From Candidatus Taylorbacteria bacterium RIFCSPHIGHO2_01_FULL_46_22b (GTDB lineage: Bacteria > Patescibacteriota > Minisyncoccia > Phycocordibacterales > DSPV01), in assembly GCA_001820875.1 (NCBI GenBank), contig MHRF01000004.1, positions 17,434-81,433 of the forward strand: a stretch of DNA of 64,000 nt. Direction: 5' to 3'. The notes under the pieces were generated by a model, which was given only the letters and a program-made list of their open reading frames with translations, did not search any database and was not told where the DNA came from. Position numbers and translations under genes: made by a program. Below are positions 57,751-64,000 of the stretch, piece by piece (the first letter of the stretch is position 1; each line of letters starts with the position of its first letter).

Positions 57751-57807
57751 CTGGTTGAGAACGCGCGCTTCAGTGCTGCCGATATCTCAACCAGTTTCCT
57801 TTTTTAT
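57751..57807. terminator. Terminator, probably bidirectional (10-bp stem)
   Basis: CTGGTTGAGA...TCTCAACCAG followed by TTTCCTTTTTTAT on the plus strand and a T-rich run on the minus strand after the uppP stop. Confidence 0.6.
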
Positions 57808-58607
57808 ATACACACAAAAACCAGTATCGCCAATCCCACTCGATACCAGATAAACAAATTAAGATTATGTTTGGAGAGATACTTGATAAGGAAATGAATG
57901 GCAAAAAATCCCGATACGAAAGCAATGAGGGAACCGAAAAACAATTCTGATCCAAATGACGTCAAAAATCCGGCACTGCCAAGTTCAAATAATTTCTTTA
58001 CACCCGAACCGAGCAAAATAGGGAGCGCGAGCAAAAAACTGAATCGAGTTGCCTCAACACGCGAAAGGCCGTTAAGAAGTCCACCTGCAATTGTTGCACC
58101 TGAACGAGAAATCCCCGGCACCAGCGCAAGGGCCTGAAAAAAACCAATGAGGCCTCCGCGAAGCGTTGAGAGTGGTTTATCTTGCTTACCGAAACGATCG
58201 GCGATATACATCAGCAGTGCGCCGATAAGCAACGTCCAAGCAACTACCGCGCCGGATCGAAATACAGTCTCCATATATTTCTCAAGCAATAAACCCAAAA
58301 TAACTGCAGGAATCGTGCCGATAATTATTGCCTTAAGAAGGGTCCGGTCTGAAAAATCAGTTTCTGCGCGAACCAACCATCGAACAGACGTACGAATGAG
58401 AGCGGAAATTTCTTTTCGAAAGTAGAGCACCACGGCAAATGTCGCTGCCAACTGGAGGACCGCATCAAACGCGAGATCTTCCGGCCCTGCAACAATACCA
58501 AACAACTTCCGTATCAGTATCAAATGCCCCGAAGATGAAACCGGTATAAATTCAGTGAGTCCCTCCGTCAATCCCAAAATACCGCTAAACAAAAAATCCA
58601 TATACAC
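57804..58607 (-). CDS. uppP: Undecaprenyl-diphosphate phosphatase
   Basis: EGLTEFIPVSSSGHL signature and 8 TM helices. Confidence 0.9.
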   Translation of the reverse strand: MYMDFLFSGILGLTEGLTEFIPVSSSGHLILIRKLFGIVAGPEDLAFDAVLQLAATFAVVLYFRKEISALIRTSVRWLVRAETDFSDRTLLKAIIIGTIPAVILGLLLEKYMETVFRSGAVVAWTLLIGALLMYIADRFGKQDKPLSTLRGGLIGFFQALALVPGISRSGATIAGGLLNGLSRVEATRFSFLLALPILLGSGVKKLFELGSAGFLTSFGSELFFGSLIAFVSGFFAIHFLIKYLSKHNLNLFIWYRVGLAILVFVCI

Positions 58608-58700
58608 ATCACTATAACATCAATACTTTCCGTCTGAAATATTTGTCAAAAGAGAACGAGTTGTATACAATTGCCCTGTTATCTATCTCATAAAAAATAT

Positions 58701-59507
58701 ATGGATGAACAGTCTGTACAAAAGAATTCTCTTACCGTCCCGATCGCGATTGTAATTGCCGGAGTGCTCATTGCAGGTGCCCTCTATCTTTCACGCGGTG
58801 GCAGCACACAACCAGCAACTTCTCAAGGGCAAGATACCCAAGCACAACCGACAGTTAATCGAGAAATTATCGTCAGGCCCGTGAGTACACGAGATCACAT
58901 ACTAGGAAACCCAGATGCGCCAGTCGGATTCATTGTCTATACCGATCTTGAGTGTCCTTTCTGTAAATCATTCCACAACACCATGCACAAAATCACAGAT
59001 GCCTATGGAAAAGACGGGAAAGTCGCTTGGGTATATCGAAGCTTCCCTCTTCCCCAATTACACCCTAAAGCACCTGCAGAAGCGGTCGCCACAGAATGTG
59101 TGAGTATGCTTGCCGGCAATACTGCCTATTGGAGCTACGTGGACAGTCTTTTCCAAATCACCCCTTCAAACAACGGACTTGACCTTGCAGAACTTCCTAA
59201 ACTTGCAAAAAACCTGAACATTGATGAGAGTAGATTCACTGCATGTTCTACTGATGAAAAAAATACCGCTGCTGTCCAAAAAGACTACGAGGAAGCGATA
59301 AGTGCTGGCGGACAAGGAACACCTTTCTCTGTGATCGTTTCTGCTAAACCACTGAATGTTCTCACCCTCAACAAGATTAAAACGCTGACTACTCAATACC
59401 CGCCGGACACCTTTGTGTTTTCAACTGACAACAAGCGAATCGCCATGAGCGGTGCACTCCCATATGAAACCGTTTCGCAAGTAATTGAGGCGATTCTCGC
59501 GAACTAA
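58701..59507 (+). CDS. Secreted DsbA-like thiol:disulfide oxidoreductase
   Basis: Signal anchor plus the thioredoxin-fold CPFC active site. Confidence 0.7.
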   Translation: MDEQSVQKNSLTVPIAIVIAGVLIAGALYLSRGGSTQPATSQGQDTQAQPTVNREIIVRPVSTRDHILGNPDAPVGFIVYTDLECPFCKSFHNTMHKITDAYGKDGKVAWVYRSFPLPQLHPKAPAEAVATECVSMLAGNTAYWSYVDSLFQITPSNNGLDLAELPKLAKNLNIDESRFTACSTDEKNTAAVQKDYEEAISAGGQGTPFSVIVSAKPLNVLTLNKIKTLTTQYPPDTFVFSTDNKRIAMSGALPYETVSQVIEAILAN

Positions 59508-62506
59508 ACAACAAGTGATCGAAGAACGCAAAACTCGCATTCTCTGTCGTCACAAGTTTGATCCCAAAAAGCAAGAGATCTGATTTCTTCGGCTACTTTG
59601 GTAACCTCACCCTGCACTGACAATGCATCTTCGGGAGACATAAAAAACCTTTCAGGGGCGTGCAATTTTCCTTTGTTATCAGGTTCAACAAAATCAATTC
59701 CTGCGGACACCATCTCATACTTCCCCTTCTCATGCAGATCGAGCAAAAGCCGATAGAAATTCAATTGGCGTTTGATATCGCCGCTTGCATTCTTCGTATT
59801 TCCTAAAATCTCATTCCGAGTTCTGCGAGCACCCGTTTTATAATCAACAACGTGCACTGCCCTCCCTTCCAATAATTCCAATTTGTCCAGCCGACCCCGT
59901 AGCAACAACTGTTTGCCATCAGAAAGTGCTAGGAATACACCGCTGATCGGGTATTCTGCAAGCGAATTATCGTGCCAATGGGGGGCGCGCGCATCAAAAT
60001 ACATCTCGAGCGTCTTCTTTCCTTTTTTATTTAGACGCCCTAAATCAGACTTGGTAATTGGAAGACGAACCAATGTGCGAGTAAAGACTTCAAAAAAATC
60101 TTTCTTCAAAAATTTAACTCCAGTGCGACGCGCATCTGCAAATGCTTTCAATGCGGCGTGCACTGATGTTCCAAAATAGAGATACGGTGCTGGAATATCC
60201 GGTAAACGAATAAGATTCTTGAAAAAATATTTCCACGGACAAGTAAGGTAGTTATTAAGCGCAGTGGCATTCATCCCCTGCTCTAAAAACAGTTTCTCAA
60301 GAAATTCTCTGTCCCATTGCCGCTTCAAACTTGGCATTGCCAGCGTACTTTTCACTATACGAGCAAATCGTTCAATCCCACTGTAAGCCTTTCCTTCGAT
60401 CCGTTCAATCCCCTCCGGCGGCAATTCTTCCACAAAGCGAGAGGGGAGACGCTCACGGCCATTTTCATCAGCATGAGACAGCGTGATGGTCGCTTTTTCT
60501 TTTGCCCGTGTCAATGCGACATAAAACAATCGCCGCTCATCTTCATCTGTTTCACTTTCTCCTGCAGAAAAAAGTGGAGATGGAAGACGAAATGACCCGA
60601 TGGATCGGCGATTTCCCCAGACTCGATCTACTGCATTGCTGATATACACTTGTTTCCATTCGAGCCCTTTTGATTTATGCGCAGTCATTACCGATACCCC
60701 TCCTGACGAAACAAAAGAACGAGAAAACTTCAACGGACTTCCGTGCCGGATAAGCCGATCTATTGAGGTGACGAAGTCTTTCAACTTTGCATCTTTATGT
60801 GTGCTCAAAAATGCTTTGATGGCATCGTAGAGACCCGCAAGCTTAGCAAGTTTTTGCAGAGAATCCTGTTTTCCAACCAGATATGACTCAAATCCCGATT
60901 CTCGAACTACCGTTAAAAAGGCGTCAAGGGCGCTCTCATTGTGAGCACATTGCATCCATCGAACAAATTTTTCTGACAAGATCTGCGCCGCTTTTTCATC
61001 AACTAATATCGCTCGGTGTTTCTTGCTGTTTAGAATTTCAAGCGGGGAACGCCTCTCCCCTGAAGCTTGGCGATTTATATGCACCGCATCAATCGGATGT
61101 ATTCCTAAAAAATCAATGAGAAGCATACCTCCCACATATTCATCACGATCCGGAAAAATCACTGCATGAAAGAGAAGAAACAACTTGTGCATGTCAGGAT
61201 CTGCTAACACGTCATCATCAGCAAAAAGAGTAAACGGAACTTGGTGCGCCGCAAGAACCCGCCCAAAATCAGATAGTTCACTATTAGTTCTTGCAAGAAT
61301 CACTATATCTTCCGGTGTAACTTCATTCTTCTTTATTGCATCAGCAATCAGTGAAACGATTCCCTCACGCTCATCTGCAAGAGTCTCATAAGAAATCACC
61401 TCCACACGGTGGACAGAGCGCGCACTCGTCGAAGCCGAAGTCAAATGCGGACGCAGTAATGGATCAACATCGACATGAGAAGACATCAGCGCATGGGACG
61501 CATCAAGAATACGCTGACTTGAACGATAATTAGTATCGAGAGATATGATTTTTGCTTCCGGAAATTTCTTGCGGAAATACAGAAAATTTTCTAGAGACGC
61601 TCCTTGAAATCTATAGATGGCCTGCTTTTCGTCTCCCACAATAAAAAGATTCTTGGTATCGCGGTAGTCGCAGAGAAGTTCGAGCACTGTATTCTGCGAA
61701 TTGTTGGCATCCTGATGCTCGTCTGCAAGTACATACAGATATTCCTCCTGCAATGTGCGCAACAAATTCTTGTGTTTCTGCAATCCTTCAACCAATGAGA
61801 GAAGCATGTCTTCAAAATCATAGAGTTCTCGTCGGCGCAATTCCTTTTCATATGCACCATACAGAACTCCTAATTCTTTGTTTTTTGTATTGTTATGCAC
61901 ATCATCTATATATTCTTTCTTCAGTTCGCCTTTTAACCTTCCTTTCTCATGATATTTGTCAGTAGCCTTCAAGAGATGTGCTTTTTCTTTTGAGAGAAGT
62001 GCGTTAAACGCATGTGGAGCAATACCATCGCGTTTCAAATCAGAAATTACCGAAAGCGCTTTGCGCACATAGAGTGTCGGTTTCCCAAAAGGACGGATAA
62101 TTTCAAAATCGCCTTCCGAAAGAGCTTCTTCAATAATTTCAAGTTTCTCGCTCTCGGATGCCACAGCTCCGCCAATAATTCGCGGGAAATATTCCGGAAA
62201 ACGGGATATGACTTCCTGCGCAAACCCATGGAAAGTATAGAGAGGCACTCGATATGCTTCTGCACCAATATATTCCACTAATTTCCTCCGCATCGAGTGG
62301 ACACCGGACTCGGTAAAAGTTAGTCCTAAAATGCCATTAGCGGGCGTATCAGTCCGACGTAGTATATTAGCTATCCGAAGCGTTAGAATGCTTGTTTTAC
62401 CTGTTCCAGGGCCTGCAATTACCATCACCGGCCCTTCTATGCTGTCTACAGCCTCTTTCTGTGCGGGATTAAGGGTTTTGTACTTCTTATCGAAGGCGGA
62501 AATCAT
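59504..62506 (-). CDS. UvrD/PcrA-family helicase with a C-terminal RecB-like nuclease domain (AddA/AdnB-like)
   Basis: VIAGPGTGKTS Walker A and UvrD motifs over ~650 aa, then a PD-(D/E)xK-like C-terminal region with a terminal Cys cluster. Confidence 0.8.
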   Translation of the reverse strand: MISAFDKKYKTLNPAQKEAVDSIEGPVMVIAGPGTGKTSILTLRIANILRRTDTPANGILGLTFTESGVHSMRRKLVEYIGAEAYRVPLYTFHGFAQEVISRFPEYFPRIIGGAVASESEKLEIIEEALSEGDFEIIRPFGKPTLYVRKALSVISDLKRDGIAPHAFNALLSKEKAHLLKATDKYHEKGRLKGELKKEYIDDVHNNTKNKELGVLYGAYEKELRRRELYDFEDMLLSLVEGLQKHKNLLRTLQEEYLYVLADEHQDANNSQNTVLELLCDYRDTKNLFIVGDEKQAIYRFQGASLENFLYFRKKFPEAKIISLDTNYRSSQRILDASHALMSSHVDVDPLLRPHLTSASTSARSVHRVEVISYETLADEREGIVSLIADAIKKNEVTPEDIVILARTNSELSDFGRVLAAHQVPFTLFADDDVLADPDMHKLFLLFHAVIFPDRDEYVGGMLLIDFLGIHPIDAVHINRQASGERRSPLEILNSKKHRAILVDEKAAQILSEKFVRWMQCAHNESALDAFLTVVRESGFESYLVGKQDSLQKLAKLAGLYDAIKAFLSTHKDAKLKDFVTSIDRLIRHGSPLKFSRSFVSSGGVSVMTAHKSKGLEWKQVYISNAVDRVWGNRRSIGSFRLPSPLFSAGESETDEDERRLFYVALTRAKEKATITLSHADENGRERLPSRFVEELPPEGIERIEGKAYSGIERFARIVKSTLAMPSLKRQWDREFLEKLFLEQGMNATALNNYLTCPWKYFFKNLIRLPDIPAPYLYFGTSVHAALKAFADARRTGVKFLKKDFFEVFTRTLVRLPITKSDLGRLNKKGKKTLEMYFDARAPHWHDNSLAEYPISGVFLALSDGKQLLLRGRLDKLELLEGRAVHVVDYKTGARRTRNEILGNTKNASGDIKRQLNFYRLLLDLHEKGKYEMVSAGIDFVEPDNKGKLHAPERFFMSPEDALSVQGEVTKVAEEIRSLAFWDQTCDDRECEFCVLRSLVV

Positions 62507-62627
62507 GCCAAAAGTATAGCATGTGGCACTCCTATATTTCCGTCTATTTCATATTGCTTTTACGATAAAAAAGAATAGTATTCTCTTTCAGAACACATCA
62601 ACCGCAACCTGCAGCATTCCAGACGCT

Positions 62628-63947
62628 ATGAAACCGCACGTTTACAAATTCGGCGGGTCTTCACTCGCCAACCCCGAGAGAATTCGGGAAGCCATTCAGA
62701 TGGTGCGATGCGATCCGAAATGTCTCTCGGTAGTCGTTTCGGCCTTTGGTGCTCGCTTCAAAGGAGACCTGAAAGCAACCGATCTCCTGTTGCGATACGT
62801 GGCAAAGATCGAACAACCTCGTCAGCAAGCAAAAATCCTTACACAGGTAAAAGCCCGATTCGCAGAAATCGCCGCTGGGTTTGAGGAAACTGCGAGTTTC
62901 GATACCAACAGGTACTGGGACCACATGGCGAAAATCTTCGCCGCCAACAAGCATGCAGACTTCTTTATTACTCGCGGAGAACACTGCATGGCAAGACTGA
63001 TGGCTCTCATACTCGGATTCCGGTTCGTGGATGCAACGGAGTTCATCAGGTTGGAAAGAGGGTGTTACCTTCTTGAGCAAAGCAAAAGGCAGGCGAAAAA
63101 AATTCGCCTTGCTGAAACGCCATCAGTCGTCCCTGGATTCTATGGGCTCACACTGGGAGGGTTTGTACAAGCTTTCCAGCGTGGCGGATCGGATATCTCC
63201 GGAGCAATGGGAGCAGAGCTCCTTGAGGCAGAGACCTACTTCAACTGCACTGATGTCAACGGAGTTCTCGATGCGAATCCGGATTTAGTCCCGAATGCGC
63301 AGACCATTCCGATCATGAGCTTTGATGAGCTCGGCGAAATGGCCAGTCGAGGAGCAAGCGTGGTGCATTCGTACGCGCTACGGCCGGTACGCAGAGCCCG
63401 CATCCCAGTCATCGTCAGAAACACCCGAAATCCAGAGCATCAGGGAACTCTCATCACACGACGAGAAGACATCCCAACCCGCATCCCAGGGAGCATTCTT
63501 GGACTTGCGGGGCGTAATGGGTTCCTGCCGATAATCATCAGCAAAGACGGCATGGATGAGGAAGTCGCGTTTCTAGCCACCGTCACTCGGATATTTGCTG
63601 ACCATGGGCTTAACATCGAACACATACCGGATAGCAGAAATGCAATTACGGTTATTGTGAACGGAAAAGCATTCAGAAGGGTTGAGAAAGCAATTCGAAA
63701 TGACTTGGCAAAAAAGTGCCATCCCGATTCGATCTCCATCGGAAATGAATTGGCTCTCGTCTGCGTAGTTGGAGCCGCGATGAGGGAACACTCCGGCGTT
63801 GCCGCGCAAATCCTCAACACACTTGCCAGCGAAAGGATAAGTGTCTCCACCATCAGTCAAGGAGGGAGCGAGATCAGTATCGTGCTGGGCATCTCCAACG
63901 ATAAATACGAAGCAGCCATGCGTGCTCTCCACGCAGGACTACTCTGA
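62628..63947 (+). CDS. lysC: Aspartate kinase with C-terminal ACT domains
   Basis: KFGGSSL motif at the N-terminus and two ACT-like repeats at the C-terminus. The start is taken as the internal Met at 62628. Confidence 0.85.
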   Translation: MKPHVYKFGGSSLANPERIREAIQMVRCDPKCLSVVVSAFGARFKGDLKATDLLLRYVAKIEQPRQQAKILTQVKARFAEIAAGFEETASFDTNRYWDHMAKIFAANKHADFFITRGEHCMARLMALILGFRFVDATEFIRLERGCYLLEQSKRQAKKIRLAETPSVVPGFYGLTLGGFVQAFQRGGSDISGAMGAELLEAETYFNCTDVNGVLDANPDLVPNAQTIPIMSFDELGEMASRGASVVHSYALRPVRRARIPVIVRNTRNPEHQGTLITRREDIPTRIPGSILGLAGRNGFLPIIISKDGMDEEVAFLATVTRIFADHGLNIEHIPDSRNAITVIVNGKAFRRVEKAIRNDLAKKCHPDSISIGNELALVCVVGAAMREHSGVAAQILNTLASERISVSTISQGGSEISIVLGISNDKYEAAMRALHAGLL

Positions 63948-63954
63948 ACAGTTG

Positions 63955-63992
63955 ACTCAACCAGCGTCCCGCCTTGGCGGGACGCTTTCTTT
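63955..63992 (+). terminator. Rho-independent terminator
   Basis: AGCGTCCCGCC-TTG-GCGGGACGCT followed by TTCTTTTGTG. Confidence 0.65.
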
Positions 63993-64000
63993 TGTGTGTA

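Noticed and set aside
1-64000. CRISPR arrays and rRNA genes
   Set aside because: No regularly spaced direct repeats and no rRNA-like conserved stretches were seen anywhere in the window.

Overview
The window reads like a small, gene-dense bacterial genome of the Candidate Phyla Radiation / Patescibacteria kind. This is an inference from the sequence: moderate GC, many overlapping genes, a ProS with no editing domain, an XRE-HTH fused to MurA, a tRNA gene with no encoded CCA, and no LPS pathway.

The first ~38 kb is core chromosome:
- Cell-shape and housekeeping genes: a PBP2 fragment, mreD, mreC, mreB, proS, rseP, frr, holB, a second mreB paralog, HTH-murA, priA, def and fmt.
- hpf, a DUF167 gene, a glycosyltransferase/DedA envelope cluster, and an M15 peptidase.
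- A cold-shock pair (cspA plus a DEAD-box helicase) with a 1.2 kb structured noncoding stretch upstream of the helicase.
- An aquaporin and an LpxC-like deacetylase.
- A PNAG-like exopolysaccharide locus: a processive GT2 synthase with two CE4 deacetylases.
- NagZ, an orphan histidine kinase and an SGNH hydrolase.

From about 38.5 to 50.3 kb there is an ~11.7 kb integrated element. It sits at the 3' end of a tRNA-Asn(GUU) gene and is bounded by a 13-bp direct repeat. It carries:
- A large serine recombinase, a TerS-like protein and a replication-like protein.
- A defense-like cluster: a standalone SIR2_2 protein, a Hypoth_Ymh/HEPN-like gene pair and a DUF3761 gene.
- A complete diversity-generating retroelement (DGR). 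Its target gene has a C-terminal variable repeat, there is a noncoding template repeat that differs from it only at template adenines, and it encodes Avd and an RT with the IGNLTSQ motif.

The tRNA-Asn gene is interrupted by a 227-nt group I intron in the anticodon loop. The intron shows the P/Q/R/S core elements, a 5' exon ending in U, and a terminal G.

Downstream of the element are an ECF sigma / anti-sigma pair, an RRM protein, a HisRS-like gene lacking an anticodon-binding domain, a DEDD exonuclease, uppP, a DsbA-like gene, a UvrD-like helicase-nuclease and aspartate kinase. No rRNA genes or CRISPR arrays were seen.
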